From: Bugula neritina
Lineage: Eukaryota > Animalia > Bryozoa
Direction: 5' to 3'
Assembly: GCA_964035545.1 (NCBI GenBank)
Contig: OZ037766.1
Coordinates: 18,439,081-18,503,080, forward strand
DNA: 64,000 nt
In this document: positions 1 through 16,160 of the stretch, piece by piece
Layout: every line of letters starts with the position of its first letter
How positions within the stretch are numbered: position 1 is the first letter of the stretch
Notes under the pieces: model-generated
Databases searched by the model: none
Told to the model about the DNA's origin: nothing
What the model saw: the letters and a program-made list of their open reading frames with translations, nothing else
Position numbers and translations under genes: made by a program

Positions 1-3000
1 GTTGCAATGTATTTCAATATGTTACAGTGTATTTCAGTATGTTGCAATATGTTGCAGTGTATTTCGGTATGTTACAGTGTATTTCAGTAGTTTTCAGTAT
101 CTTGCAGTATATTTCAGTATGTTGCAGTATATTTCAGTGGGTTACAGTATATTCCAGTATCTTCCAGTATGTTGCAGTATGTTGCAGTATGTTGCAGTGT
201 ATTTCTGTATGTTACAGTGTATTTCAGTATGTTGCAGTGTATTTCAGTATGTTACAGTGTATTTCAGTATGTTGCAGTATTTTGCAATGCATTTCAGTAT
301 GTTACAGTGTATTTCAGTATGTTGCGGTATATTTCAGTATGTTACAATAAATTTCAGTATGTTACAGTACATTTCCATAAATTACACTATACTTCAGTAA
401 GTTGTAGTATATTTCAGTATCTTGCATTATATCTCAGTATGTTCCAGTATATTTCAGTATGTTACAGTATATTTCAGTATGTCACAGTGCATTTCCAGAT
501 ATTACACTATACTTCAGTGAGTTTTAGTGTCTTTCAGTATGTTGCAGTATGTTGCAGCGTATTTCAGTATGTTACAGTGTATTTCAGTAGGTTTCAGTGT
601 CTTGCAGTATATTTCAGCATGTTGCAGTATATTTCATTATGTTGCAGTATGTTGCAGTATGTTTCAGTAGTTTGCAACATATTTCAGTAGGTTAGTATAT
701 ATTTCGGTATGTTGCAGCATATTTCAATGTGTTGCAGCGTATTTCAATATGTTACAGTGCACTTCAGTATGTTGCAGTATGTTGCAGTATGCTGCAGTAT
801 GTTGCAGTGTATTTCTGTATGTTACAGTGTATTTCAGTATGTTGCAGTATATTTCAGTATGTTACAGTATATTTCAGTATGTTGCAGTATATTTCAGTGG
901 GTTATAGTATATTTCAGTATGATACAGCGTCTTTCAGTATGTTACAGTGTATTTCAGTATGTTGCAGTATTTTGCAATATGTTTCAGTATGTTACAGTGT
1001 ATTTCAGTATGTTGCAGTATAATTCAGTATGTTACAATAAATTTCAGTATGTTACAGTACATTTTTGTAAATTACACTATACTTCAGTGAGTTGTAGTAT
1101 ATTTCAGTATCTTGCAGTATATCTGAGTATGTTACAGTATATTTCAGTATGTTACAGTATATTCCACTGTGTTACAGTAAATTTCAATATGTTACAGTGC
1201 ATTTGCAGATATTGCACTATACTTCAGTGAGTTTTAGTGCCTTTCAGTATGTTACAGTGTATTTCAGTATGTTGCAGTATTTTGCAAAATATATCAGTAT
1301 GTTACAGTGTATTTCAGTATGTTGCAGTATATTTCAGTATGTTACAATAAATTTCAGCATGTTACAGTATATTTCCGTGAATTACACTATACTTCAGTGA
1401 GCTGTAGTATATTTCAGTATCTTGCAGTATATCTCAGTATGTTACAGTATATTTCAGTATGTTACAGTATATTTCAGTTTGTTACAGTAAATTTCAGTAT
1501 GTTACAGTGCATTTGCAGATATTACACTATACTTCAGTGAGTTTTAGTGTCTTTCAGTATGTTGCAGTATATTTCGGTATTTTGCAACATATTTCAATAT
1601 GTTGGAATGTATTTCAATATGTTACAGTGTATTTCAGTATGTTGCAGTATATTTCAGGATGTTGCAGTATATTTCAGTATGTTACAGTGTTTTGCAGTAT
1701 TTTGCAGTATATTTCAGTGTGTTACAGTATATTTCATTATGTTGCAGTATGTTGCAGTATATTTCAGTAGGTTACCATATATTTCGGTATGTTGCAGGAT
1801 CTTTCAAGGTGTTGCAGTGTATTTCAATATGTTACAGTGTATTTCAGTATGTTGCAGTATGTTGCATTATGCTGCAGTGTATTTCTGTATGTTACAGTGT
1901 ATTTCAGTATGTTGCAGTACATTTCAGTATGTTACAGTATATTTCAGGATGTTGCAGTATATTTCAGTGGGTTATAGCATATTTCAGTATGATACAGCGT
2001 ATTTCAGTATGTTACAGTGTACTTCAGTATGTTGCAGTATGCTGCAGTGTATTTCTGTATGTTACAGTGTATTTCAGTATGTTGCAGTATATTTCAGTAT
2101 GTTACAGTATGTTTCAGTATGTTGCAGTATATTTCCGTGGGTTATAGTATATTTCAGTATGATACAGCGTATTTCAGTATGTTACAGTGTATTTCAGTAT
2201 GTTGCAGTATTTTGCAATGCATTTCAGTATGTTACAGTGTATTTCAGTATGTTGCAGTATATTTCAGTATGTTACAATAAATTTCAGTATGTTACAGTAC
2301 TTTTCTGTAAATTACACTATACTTCAGTGAGTTGTAGTATATTTCAGTATCTTGCAGTATATCTCAGTATGTTACAGTATATTTCAGTATGTTACAGTAT
2401 ATTTCAGTGTGTTACAGTATGTTGCAGTATATTTCAGCAGTTTCCAACATATTTCAGTAGGTTACCATATATTTCGGTATGTTGCAGCACATTTCAATGT
2501 GTTGCAGAGTGTTTCAATACGTTACAGTGTATTTCAGTATGTTGAAGTATATTCCAGTGTGTTGCAAGATATTTCAGTGGGTTATAGTATATTTCAGTAT
2601 GATACAGCGTCTTTCAGTATGTTACAGTGTATTTCAGTATGTTGCAGTATTTTGCAATATGTTTCAGTATGTTACAGTGTATTTCAGTATGTTGCAGTAT
2701 AATTCAGTATGTTACAATAAATTTCAGTATGTTACAGTACATTTTCGTAAATTACACTATACTTCAGGGAGTTGTAGTATATTTCAGTATCTTGCAGTAT
2801 ATCTCAGTATGTTACAGTGCATTTTCAGATTTTTCACTATACTTCAGTGAGTTTTAGTGTCTTTCAGTATGTCGCAGTATTTTTCGGTATCTTGCAACTT
2901 ATTTCAATGTGTTGCAATGTATTTCAATATGTTACAGTGTATTTCAGTATGTTGCAATATGTTGCAGTGTATTTCAGTATGTTACAGTGTATTTCAGTAG

Positions 3001-6000
3001 TTTTCAGTATCTTGCAGTATATTTCAGTATGTTGCAGTATATTTCAGTGGGTTACAGTATATTCCAGTATCTTCCAGTATGTTGCAGTATGTTGCAGTAT
3101 GTTGCAGTGTATTTCTGTATGTTACAGTGTATTTCAGTATGTTGCAGTGTATTTCAGGATGTTACAGTGTATTTCAGTATGTTGCAGTATTTTGCAATGC
3201 ATTTCAGTATGTTACAGTGTATTTCAGTATGTTGCGGTATATTTCAGTATGTTACAATAAATTTCAGTGTGTTCCAGTACATTTCTGCAAATTACACTAT
3301 ACTTCAGTGAGTTGTAGTATATTTCAGTATCTTGCAGTATATCTCAGTATGTTACAGTTGATTTCAGTATGTTCCAGTATATTTCAGCGTGTTTCAGTAT
3401 ATTTCAGGATGCCACAGTGCATTTTCAAATTTTTCACTATACTTCAGTGAGTTTTAGTGTCTTTCAGTATGTTGCAGTATATTTCGGTATCTTGCAACTT
3501 ATTTCAATGTGTTGCAATGTAATTCAATATGTTACAGTGTATTTCAGTATGTTACAGTGTATTTCAGCATGTTGCAGTATATTTCATTATGTTGCAGTAT
3601 GTTGCAGTATGTTTCAGAAGTTTGCAACATATTTCAGTAGGTTAGTATATATTTCGGTATGTTGCAGCATATTTCAATGTGTTGCAGTGTATTTCAATAT
3701 GTTACAGTGTATTTCAGTATGTTGCAGTATGTTGTAGTATATTTCAGTATCTTGCAGTATATCTCAGTATGTTACAGTTTATTTCAGTATGTTCCAGTAT
3801 ATTTCAGCGTGTTTCAGTATATTTCAGTATGCCACAGTGCATTTTCAGATTTTTCACTATACTTCAGTGAGTTTTAGTGTCTTTCAGGATGTTGCAGTAT
3901 ATTTCGGTATCTTGCAACTTATTTCAATGTGTTGCATTGTATTTCAATATGTTACAGTGTATTTCAGTATGTTGCAGTATGTTGCAGTGTACTTCAGTAT
4001 GTTACGGTGTATTTCAGTAGGTTTCAGTATCTTGCAGTATATTTCAGTATGTTGCAGTATTTTTCAGTGGGTTACAGTATATTCCAGCATGTTCCAGTAT
4101 GTTGCAGTATATTTTAGTATGTTGCAGTGTATTTCAGTATGTTACAGTGTATTTCAGTAGTTTGCAACATATTTCAGTAGGTTACCATATATTTCCGTAT
4201 GTTGCAGCATATTTCAATGTGTTGCAGTGTATTTCAATATGTTACAGTGTATTTCAGTATGTTGCAGTATGTTGCAGTGTATTTCCAGATATTACACTAT
4301 ACTTCAGTGAGTTTTAGTGTCTTTCAGTATGTTGCAGTATGTTGCAGCGTATTTCAGTATGTTACAGTGTATTTCAGTAGGTTTCAGTGTCTTGCAGTAT
4401 ATTTCAGCATGTTGCAGTATATTTCATTATGTTGCAGTATGTTGCAGTATGTTTCAGTAGTTTGCAACATATTTCAGTAGGTTAGTATATATTTCGGTAT
4501 GTTGCAGCATATTTCAATGTGTTGCAGCGTATTTCAATATGTTACAGTGCATTTCAGTATGTTGCAGTATATTTCGGTATTTTGCAACATATTTCAATAT
4601 GTTGCAATGTATTTCAATATGTTACAGTGTATTTCAGTATGTTGCAGTATATTTCAGGATGTTGCAGTATATTTCAGTATGTTACAGTGTTTTGCCGTAT
4701 TTTGCAGTATATTTCAGTGTGTTACAGTATATTTCATTATGTTGCAGTATGTTGCAGTATATTTCAGTAGGTTACCATATATTTCGGTATGTTGCAGGAT
4801 CTTTCAAGGTGTTGCAGTGTATTTCAATATGTTACAGTGTATTTCAGTATGTTGCAGTATGTTGCATTATGCTGCAGTGTATTTCTGTATGTTACAGTGT
4901 ATTTCAGTATGTTGCAGTACATTTCAGTATGTTACAGTATATTTCAGTATGTTGCAGTATATTTCAGTGGGTTATAGCATATTTCAGTATGATACAGCGT
5001 ATTTCAGTATGTTACAGTGTACTTCAGTATGTTGCAGTATTTTGCAATATATTTCAGTATGTTACAGTGTATTTCAGTATGTTGCAGTATATTTCAGTAT
5101 GTTACATTAAATTTCAGTATGTTACAGTACATTTCCGTAAGTTACACTATACTTCAGGTAGTTGTAGCATATTTCAGTATCTTGCAGTATATCTCAGTAT
5201 GTTACAGCATATTTCATTGTGTTGCAGTGTATTTCAATATGTTACAGTGTATTTCAGTATGTTGCAGTATGTTGCAGTATGCTGCAGTATGTTGCAGTGT
5301 ATTTCTGTATGTTACAATAAATTTCAGTATGTTACAGCACATTTTCGTAAATTACATTATACTTCAGTATGTTGCAGTATATTTCAGTATGTTACAGTAT
5401 ATTTCAGTATGTTGCAGTATATTTCAGTGGGTTATAGTACATTTCCGTATGATACAGCGTCTTTCAGTATGTTACAGTGTATTTCAGTATGTTGCAGTAT
5501 TTTGCAATATGTTTCAGTATGTTCCAGTGTATTTCAGTATGTTGCAGTATAATTCTGTATGTTACAATAAATTTCAGTATGTTACAGCACATTTTCGTAA
5601 ATTACATTATACTTCAGTGAGTTGTAGTATATTTCAGTATCTTGCAGTATATCTCAGTATGTTACAGTATATTTCAGTATGTTACAGTATATTTCAGTGT
5701 GTAACAGTAAATTTCAATATGTTACAGTGCTTTTGCAGATATTACGCTATACTTCACTGAGTTTTAGTGCCTTTCAGTATGTTACAGTGTATTTCGGCAT
5801 GTTGCAGTATTTTGCAATATATATCAGTATGTTACAGTGTATTTCAGTATGTTGCAGTATATTTCAGTATGTTACATTAAATTTCAGTATGTTACAGTAT
5901 ATTTCCGTAAATTACACTATACTTCAGTGAGTTGTAGTATATTTCAGTATCTTGCAGTATATCTCAGTATGTTACAGTATATTTCAGTATGTTACAGTAT

Positions 6001-6289
6001 ATTTCAGTTTGTTACAGTAAATTTCAGTATGTTACAGTGCATTTGCAGATATTACACTATACTTCAGTGAGTTTTAGTGTCTTTCATTATGTTGCAGTAT
6101 ATTTCAGTATGTTGCAGTATTTTGCAATACATTTTATTATGTTACAGTGTATTTCAGTATGTTGCAGTATTTTGCAATATGTTTCAGTATGTTACAGTGT
6201 ATTTCAGTATGTTGCAGTATAATTCAGTATGTTACAATAAATTTCAGTATGTTACAGTACATTTTCGTAAATTACACTATACTTCAGGG

Positions 6290-9200
6290 AGTTGTAGTAT
6301 ATTTCAGTATCTTGCAGCATATCTCAGTATGTTACAGTGCATTTTCAGATTTTTCACTATACTTCAGTGAGTTTTAGTGTCTTTCAGTATGTTGCAGTAT
6401 TTTTCGGTATCTTGCAACTTATTTCAATGTGTTGCAATGTATTTCAATATGTTACAGTGTATTTCAGTATGTTGCAATATGTTGCAGTGTATTTCGGTAT
6501 GTTACAGTGTATTTCAGTAGTTTTCAGTATCTTGCAGTATATTTCAGTATGTTGCAGTATATTTCAGTGGGTTACAGTATATTCCAGTATCTTCCAGTAT
6601 GTTGCAGTATGTTGCAGTATGTTGCAGTGTATTTCTGTATGTTACAGTGTATTTCAGTATGTTGCAGTGTATTTCAGTATGTTACAGTGTATTTCAGTAT
6701 GTTGCAGTATTTTGCAATGCATTTCAGTATGTTACAGTGTATTTCAGTATGTTGCGGTATATTTCAGTATGTTACAATAAATTTCAGTATGTTACAGTAC
6801 ATTTCCATAAATTACACTATACTTCAGTAAGTTGTAGTATATTTCAGTATCTTGCATTATATCTCAGTATGTTCCAGTATATTTCAGTATGTTACAGTAT
6901 ATTTCAGTATGTCACAGTGCATTTCCAGATATTACACTATACTTCAGTGAGTTTTAGTGTCTTTCAGTATGTTGCAGTATGTTGCAGCGTATTTCAGTAT
7001 GTTACAGTGTATTTCAGTAGGTTTCAGTGTCTTGCAGTATATTTCAGCATGTTGCAGTATATTTCATTATGTTGCAGTATGTTGCAGTATGTTTCAGTAG
7101 TTTGCAACATATTTCAGTAGGTTAGTATATATTTCGGTATGTTGCAGCATATTTCAATGTGTTGCAGCGTATTTCAATATGTTACAGTGCATTTCAGTAT
7201 GTTGCAGTATGTTGCAGTATGCTGCAGTATGTTGCAGTGTATTTCTGTATGTTACAGTGTATTTCAGTATGTTGCAGTATATTTCAGTATGTTACAGTAT
7301 ATTTCAGTATGTTGCAGTATATTTCAGTGGGTTATAGTATATTTCAGTATGATACAGCGTCTTTCAGTATGTTACAGTGTATTTCAGTATGTTGCAGTAT
7401 TTTGCAATATGTTTCAGTATGTTACAGTGTATTTCAGTATGTTGCAGTATAATTCAGTATGTTACAATAAATTTCAGTATGTTACAGTACATTTTTGTAA
7501 ATTACACTATACTTCAGTGAGTTGTAGTATATTTCAGTATCTTGCAGTATATCTGAGTATGTTACAGTATATTTCAGTATGTTACAGTATATTCCACTGT
7601 GTTACAGTAAATTTCAATATGTTACAGTGCATTTGCAGATATTGCACTATACTTCAGTGAGTTTTAGTGCCTTTCAGTATGTTACAGTGTATTTCAGTAT
7701 GTTGCAGTATTTTGCAAAATATATCAGTATGTTACAGTGTATTTCAGTATGTTGCAGTATATTTCAGTATGTTACAATAAATTTCAGCATGTTACAGTAT
7801 ATTTCCGTGAATTACACTATACTTCAGTGAGCTGTAGTATATTTCAGTATCTTGCAGTATATCTCAGTATGTTACAGTATATTTCAGTATGTTACAGTAT
7901 ATTTCAGTTTGTTACAGTAAATTTCAGTATGTTACAGTGCATTTGCAGATATTACACTATACTTCAGTGAGTTTTAGTGTCTTTCAGTATGTTGCAGTAT
8001 ATTTCGGTATTTTGCAACATATTTCAATATGTTGCAATGTATTTCAATATGTTACAGTGTATTTCAGTATGTTGCAGTATATTTCAGGATGTTGCAGTAT
8101 ATTTCAGTATGTTACAGTGTTTTGCAGTATTTTGCAGTATATTTCAGTGTGTTACAGTATATTTCATTATGTTGCAGTATGTTGCAGTATATTTCAGTAG
8201 GTTACCATATATTTCGGTATGTTGCAGGATCTTTCAAGGTGTTGCAGTGTATTTCAATATGTTACAGTGTATTTCAGTATGTTGCAGTATGTTGCATTAT
8301 GCTGCAGTGTATTTCTGTATGTTACAGTGTATTTCAGTATGTTGCAGTACATTTCAGTATGTTACAGTATATTTCAGGATGTTGCAGTATATTTCAGTGG
8401 GTTATAGCATATTTCAGTATGATACAGCGTATTTCAGTATGTTACAGTGTACTTCAGTATGTTGTAGTATTTTGCAATATATTTCAGTATGTTACAGTGT
8501 ATTTCAGTATGTTGCAGTATATTTCAGTATGTTACATTAAATTTCAGTATGTTACAGTACATTTCCGTAAGTTACACTATACTTCAGGTAGTTGTAGCAT
8601 ATTTCAGTATCTTGCAGTATATCTCAGTATGTTACAGCATATTTCATTGTGTTGCAGTGTATTTCAATATGTTACAGTGTATTTCAGTATGTTGCAGTAT
8701 GTTGCAGTATGCTGCAGTATGTTGCAGTGTATTTCTGTATGTTACAGTGTATTTCAGTATGTTGCAGTATATTTCAGTATGTTACAGTATATTTCAGTAT
8801 GTTGCAGTATATTTCAGTGGGTTATAGTACATTTCCGTATGATACAGCGTCTTTCAGTATGTTACAGTGTATTTCAGTATGTTACAGTATTTTGCAATAT
8901 GTTTCAGTATGTTCCAGTGTATTTCAGTATGTTGCAGCATAATTCTGTATGTTACAATAAATTTCAGTATGTTACAGCACATTTTCGTAAATTACATTAT
9001 ACTTCAGTGAGTTGTAGTATATTTCAGTATCTTGCAGTATATCTCAGTATGTTACAGTATATTTCAGTATGTTACAGTATATTTCAGTGTGTAACAGTAA
9101 ATTTCAATATGTTACAGTGCTTTTGCAGATATTACACTATACTTCACTGAGTTTTAGTGCCTTTCAGTATGTTACAGTGTATTTCGGTATGTTGCAGTAT

Positions 9201-12200
9201 TTTGCAATATATATCAGTATGTTACAGTGTATTTCAGTATGTTGCAGTATATTTCAGTATGTTACATTAAATTTCAGTATGTTACAGTATATTTCCGTAA
9301 ATTACACTATACTTCAGTGAGTTGTAGTATATTTCAGTATCTTGCAGCATATCTCAGTATGTTACAGTGCATTTTCAGATTTTTCACTATACTTCAGTGA
9401 GTTTTAGTGTCTTTCAGTATGTTGCAGTATTTTTCGGTATCTTGCAACTTATTTCAATGTGTTGCAATGTATTTCAATATGTTACAGTGTATTTCAGTAT
9501 GTTGCAATATGTTGCAGTGTATTTCGGTATGTTACAGTGTATTTCAGTAGTTTTCAGTATCTTGCAGTATATTTCAGTATGTTGCAGTATATTTCAGTGG
9601 GTTACAGTATATTCCAGTATCTTCCAGTATGTTGCAGTATGTTGCAGTATGTTGCAGTGTATTTCTGTATGTTACAGTGTATTTCAGTATGTTGCAGTGT
9701 ATTTCAGTATGTTACAGTGTATTTCAGTATGTTGCAGTATTTTGCAATGCATTTCAGTATGTTACAGTGTATTTCAGTATGTTGCGGTATATTTCAGTAT
9801 GTTACAATAAATTTCAGTATGTTACAGTACATTTCCATAAATTACACTATACTTCAGTAAGTTGTAGTATATTTCAGTATCTTGCATTATATCTCAGTAT
9901 GTTCCAGTATATTTCAGTATGTTACAGTATATTTCAGTATGTCACAGTGCATTTCCAGATATTACACTATACTTCAGTGAGTTTTAGTGTCTTTCAGTAT
10001 GTTGCAGTATGTTGCAGCGTATTTCAGTATGTTACAGTGTATTTCAGTAGGTTTCAGTGTCTTGCAGTATATTTCAGCATGTTGCAGTATATTTCATTAT
10101 GTTGCAGTATGTTGCAGTATGTTTCAGTAGTTTGCAACATATTTCAGTAGGTTAGTATATATTTCGGTATGTTGCAGCATATTTCAATGTGTTGCAGCGT
10201 ATTTCAATATGTTACAGTGCATTTCAGTATGTTGCAGTATGTTGCAGTATGCTGCAGTATGTTGCAGTGTATTTCTGTATGTTACAGTGTATTTCAGTAT
10301 GTTGCAGTATATTTCAGTATGTTACAGTATATTTCAGTATGTTGCAGTATATTTCAGTGGGTTATAGTATATTTCAGTATGATACAGCGTCTTTCAGTAT
10401 GTTACAGTGTATTTCAGTATGTTGCAGTATTTTGCAATATGTTTCAGTATGTTACAGTGTATTTCAGTATGTTGCAGTATAATTCAGTATGTTACAATAA
10501 ATTTCAGTATGTTACAGTACATTTTTGTAAATTACACTATACTTCAGTGAGTTGTAGTATATTTCAGTATCTTGCAGTATATCTGAGTATGTTACAGTAT
10601 ATTTCAGTATGTTACAGTATATTCCACTGTGTTACAGTAAATTTCAATATGTTACAGTGCATTTGCAGATATTGCACTATACTTCAGTGAGTTTTAGTGC
10701 CTTTCAGTATGTTACAGTGTATTTCAGTATGTTGCAGTATTTTGCAAAATATATCAGTATGTTACAGTGTATTTCAGTATGTTGCAGTATATTTCAGTAT
10801 GTTACAATAAATTTCAGCATGTTACAGTATATTTCCGTGAATTACACTATACTTCAGTGAGCTGTAGTATATTTCAGTATCTTGCAGTATATCTCAGTAT
10901 GTTACAGTATATTTCAGTATGTTACAGTATATTTCAGTTTGTTACAGTAAATTTCAGTATGTTACAGTGCATTTGCAGATATTACACTATACTTCAGTGA
11001 GTTTTAGTGTCTTTCAGTATGTTGCAGTATATTTCGGTATTTTGCAACATATTTCAATATGTTGCAATGTATTTCAATATGTTACAGTGTATTTCAGTAT
11101 GTTGCAGTATATTTCAGGATGTTGCAGTATATTTCAGTATGTTACAGTGTTTTGCAGTATTTTGCAGTATATTTCAGTGTGTTACAGTATATTTCATTAT
11201 GTTGCAGTATGTTGCAGTATATTTCAGTAGGTTACCATATATTTCGGTATGTTGCAGGATCTTTCAAGGTGTTGCAGTGTATTTCAATATGTTACAGTGT
11301 ATTTCAGTATGTTGCAGTATGTTGCATTATGCTGCAGTGTATTTCTGTATGTTACAGTGTATTTCAGTATGTTGCAGTACATTTCAGTATGTTACAGTAT
11401 ATTTCAGGATGTTGCAGTATATTTCAGTGGGTTATAGCATATTTCAGTATGATACAGCGTATTTCAGTATGTTACAGTGTACTTCAGTATGTTGTAGTAT
11501 TTTGCAATATATTTCAGTATGTTACAGTGTATTTCAGTATGTTGCAGTATATTTCAGTATGTTACATTAAATTTCAGTATGTTACAGTACATTTCCGTAA
11601 GTTACACTATACTTCAGGTAGTTGTAGCATATTTCAGTATCTTGCAGTATATCTCAGTATGTTACAGCATATTTCATTGTGTTGCAGTGTATTTCAATAT
11701 GTTACAGTGTATTTCAGTATGTTGCAGTATGTTGCAGTATGCTGCAGTATGTTGCAGTGTATTTCTGTATGTTACAGTGTATTTCAGTATGTTGCAGTAT
11801 ATTTCAGTATGTTACAGTATATTTCAGTATGTTGCAGTATATTTCAGTGGGTTATAGTACATTTCCGTATGATACAGCGTCTTTCAGTATGTTACAGTGT
11901 ATTTCAGTATGTTACAGTATTTTGCAATATGTTTCAGTATGTTCCAGTGTATTTCAGTATGTTGCAGCATAATTCTGTATGTTACAATAAATTTCAGTAT
12001 GTTACAGCACATTTTCGTAAATTACATTATACTTCAGTGAGTTGTAGTATATTTCAGTATCTTGCAGTATATCTCAGTATGTTACAGTATATTTCAGTAT
12101 GTTACAGTATATTTCAGTGTGTAACAGTAAATTTCAATATGTTACAGTGCTTTTGCAGATATTACACTATACTTCACTGAGTTTTAGTGCCTTTCAGTAT

Positions 12201-12377
12201 GTTACAGTGTATTTCGGTATGTTGCAGTATTTTGCAATATATATCAGTATGTTACAGTGTATTTCAGTATGTTGCAGTATATTTCAGTATGTTACATTAA
12301 ATTTCAGTATGTTACAGTATATTTCCGTAAATTACACTATACTTCAGTGAGTTGTAGTATATTTCAGTATCTTGCAG
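6290..12377 (+). repeat. Tandem duplication, 2 x 3030 bp higher-order block
   Basis: Identical translated ORFs recur at +3030 (6337/9367, 6599/9629, 8029/11059, 9069/12099). Rare variants such as TTTGCAAAAT (7711/10741) and CTTTCAAGGT (8231/11261) recur at the same offset. Confidence 0.9.
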
Positions 12378-15300
12378 TATATCTCAGTATGTTACAGTAT
12401 ATTTCAGTATGTTACAGTATATTTCAGTTTGTTACAGTAAATTTCAGTATGTTACAGTGCATTTGCAGATATTACACTATACTTCAGTGAATTTTAGTGT
12501 CTTTCATTATGTTGCAGTATATTTCAGTATGTTGCAGTATTTTGCAATACATTTTATTATGTTACAGTGTATTTCAGTATGTTGCAGTATATTTCAGTTT
12601 GATACAATAAATTTCAGTATGTTACAGTACATTTCCGTAAATTACACTATACTTCAGTGAGTTGTAGTATATTTCAGTATCTTCAGTATATCTCAGTATG
12701 TTACAGTATATTTCAGCGTGTTTCAGTATATTTCAGTATGACACAGTGCATTTCCAGATATTACGCTATACTTCAGTGAGTTTTAGTGTCTTTCAGTATG
12801 TTGCAGTATATTTCGGTATTTTGCAACATATTTCAATATGTTGCAATGTATTTCAATATGTTACAGTGTATTTCAGTATCTTACAGTACATTTCCGTAAA
12901 TTACACTACACTTCAGTGAGTTGTAGTATATTTCAGTATCTTGCAGTATATCTCAGTATGTTACAGTATATTTCAGTATGTTACAGTATATTTCAGTGTG
13001 TTACAGTAAATTTCAGTATGTTACAGTGCATTTGCAGATATTACACTATACTTTAGTGAGTTTTAGTGTCTTTCAGTATCTTGCAGTATATTTCAGTATG
13101 TTGCAATATTTTGCAATATATTTTAGTATGTTACAGTGTATTTCAGTACCTTGCAGTATATTTCAGTATGATACAATAAATTTCAGTGTGTTACAGTACA
13201 TTTCTGCAAATTACACTATACTTCAGTGAGTTGTAGTATATTTCAGTATCTTGCAGTATATCTCAGTATGTTACAGTTGATTTCAGTATGTTCCAGTATA
13301 TTTCAGCGTGTTTCAGTATATTTCAGGATGCCACAGTGCATTTTCAGATTTTTCACTATACTTCAGTGAGTTTTAGTGTCTTTCAGTATGTTGCAGTATA
13401 TTTCGGTATCTTGCAACTTATTTCAATGTGTTGCAATGTAATTCAATATGTTACAGTGTATTTCAGTATGTTACAGTGCATTTCAGCATGTTGCAGTATA
13501 TTTCATTATGTTGCAGTATGTTGCAGTATGTTTCAGTAGTTTGCAACATATTTCAGTAGGTTAGTATATATTTCGGTATGTTGCAGCATATTTCAATGTG
13601 TTGCAGTGTATTTCAATATGTTACAGTGTATTTCAGTATGTTGCAGTATGTTGCAGTATGCTGCAGTATGTTGCAGTGTATTTCTGTATGTTACAGTGTA
13701 TTTCAGTATGTTGCAGTATATTTCAGTATGTTACAGTATATTTCAGTATGTTGCAGTATATTTCAGTGGGTTATAGTATATTTCAGTATGATACAGCGTC
13801 TTTCAGTATGTTACAGTGTATTTCAGTATGTTGCAGTATAATTCAGTATGTTACAATAAATTTCAGTATGTTACAGTGCATTTGCAGATATTACACTATA
13901 CTTCAGTGAGTTTTAGTGTCTTTCAGTATGTTGCAGTATATTTCGGTATTTTGCAACATATTTCAATATGTTGCAATGTATTTCAATATGTTACAGTGTA
14001 TTTCAGTATGTTGCAGTATGTTGCAATGTATTTCAGAATGTTACAGTGTATTTCAGTAGGTTTGAGTATCTTGCAGTATATTTCAGCATGTTGCAGTATA
14101 TTTCAGGATGTTGCAGTATATTTCAGTATGTTACGGTGTTTTGCAGTATTTTGCAGTATATTTCAGTGTGTTACAGTATATTTCATTATGTTGCAGTATG
14201 TTGCAGTATATTTCAGTATGTTACAGTATATTTCAGTTTGTTACAGTAAATTTCAGTATGTTACAGTGCATTTGCAGATATTACACTATACTTCAGTGAG
14301 TTTTAGTGTCTTTCATTATGTTGCAGTATATTTCAGTATGTTGCAGTATTTTGCAATGTATTTCAATATGTTACAGTGTATTTCAGTATGTTGCAGTATG
14401 TTGCAATGTATTTCAGTATGTTACAGTGTATTTCAGTATCTTACAGTACATTTCCGTAAATTACACTACACTTCAGTGAGTTGTAGTATATTTCAGTATC
14501 TTGCAGTATATCTCAGTATGTTACAGTATATTTCAGTATGTTACAGTGTATTTCAGTATGTTGCAGTATATTTCAGTATGTTACATTAAATTTCAGTATG
14601 TTACAGTATATTTCCGTAAATTACACTATACTTCAGTGAGTTGTAGTATATTTCAGTATCTTGCAGTATATCTCAGTATGTTACAGTATATTTCAGTATG
14701 TTACAGTATATTTCAGTTTGTTACAGTAAATTTCAGTATGTTACAGTGCATTTGCAGATATTACACTATACTTCAGTGAGTTTTAGTGTCTTTCATTATG
14801 TTGCAGTATATTTCAGTATGTTGCAGTAATTTGCAATACATTTTATTATGTTACAGTGTATTTCAGTATGTTGCAGTATATTTCAGTTTGATACAATAAA
14901 TTTCAGTATGTTACAGTACATTTCCGTAAATTACACTATACTTCAGTGAGTTGTGGTATATTTCAGTATCTTCAGTATATCTCAGTATGTTACAGTATAT
15001 TTCAGCGTGTTTCAGTATATTTCAGTATGACACAGTGCATTTCCAGATATTACGCTATACTTCAGTGAGTTTTAGTGTCTTTCAGTATGTTGCAGTATAT
15101 TTCGGTATTTTGCAACATATTTCAATATGTTGCAATGTATTTCAATATGTTACAGTGTATTTCAGTATCTTACAGTACATTTCCGTAAATTACACTACAC
15201 TTCAGTGAGTTGTAGTATATTTCAGTATCTTGCAGTATATCTCAGTATGTTACAGTATATTTCAGTATGTTACAGTATATTTCAGTGTGTTACAGTAAAT

Positions 15301-16160
15301 TTCAGTATGTTACAGTGCATTTGCAGATATTACACTATACTTTAGTGAGTTTTAGTGTCTTTCAGTATCTTGCAGTATATTTCAGTATGTTGCAATATTT
15401 TGCAATATATTTTAGTATGTTACAGTGTATTTCTGTACCTTGCAGTATATTTCAGTATGATACAATAAATTTCAGTGTGTTACAGTACATTTCTGCAAAT
15501 TACACTATACTTCAGTGAGTTGTAGTATATTTCAGTATCTTGCAGTATATCTCAGTATGTTACAGTTGATTTCAGTATGTTCCAGTATATTTCAGCGTGT
15601 TTCAGTATATTTCAGGATGCCACAGTGCATTTTCAGATTTTTCACTATACTTCAGTGAGTTTTAGTGTCTTTCAGTATGTTGCAGTATATTTCGGTATCT
15701 TGCAACTTATTTCAATGTGTTGCAATGTAATTCAATATGTTACAGTGTATTTCAGTATGTTACAGTGCATTTCAGCATGTTGCAGTATATTTCATTATGT
15801 TGCAGTATGTTGCAGTATGTTTCAGTAGTTTGCAACATATTTCAGTAGGTTAGTATATATTTCGGTATGTTGCAGCATATTTCAATGTGTTGCAGTGTAT
15901 TTCAATATGTTACAGTGTATTTCAGTATGTTGCAGTATGTTGCAGTATGCTGCAGTATGTTGCAGTGTATTTCTGTATGTTACAGTGTATTTCAGTATGT
16001 TGCAGTATATTTCAGTATGTTACAGTATATTTCAGTATGTTGCAGTATATTTCAGTGGGTTATAGTATATTTCAGTATGATACAGCGTCTTTCAGTATGT
16101 TACAGTGTATTTCAGTATGTTGCAGTATAATTCAGTATGTTACAATAAATTTCAGTATGT
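12260..16160 (+). repeat. Duplicated block at 2289-bp offset carrying a shared 1-bp deletion
   Basis: ORF pairs 12838/15127, 12978/15267, 13288/15577 and 13578/15867. Both copies carry TATCTT^CAGTAT (about 12684 and 14973). Boundaries are approximate. Confidence 0.8.

Noticed and set aside
381-400. Landmark CACT-ATACTTC-AGTG as a hairpin or an inverted satellite fragment
   Set aside because: The stem is at most 4 bp, and the motif derives from GTTACAGTAT-ATTTCAGTAT by a few substitutions without any inversion.
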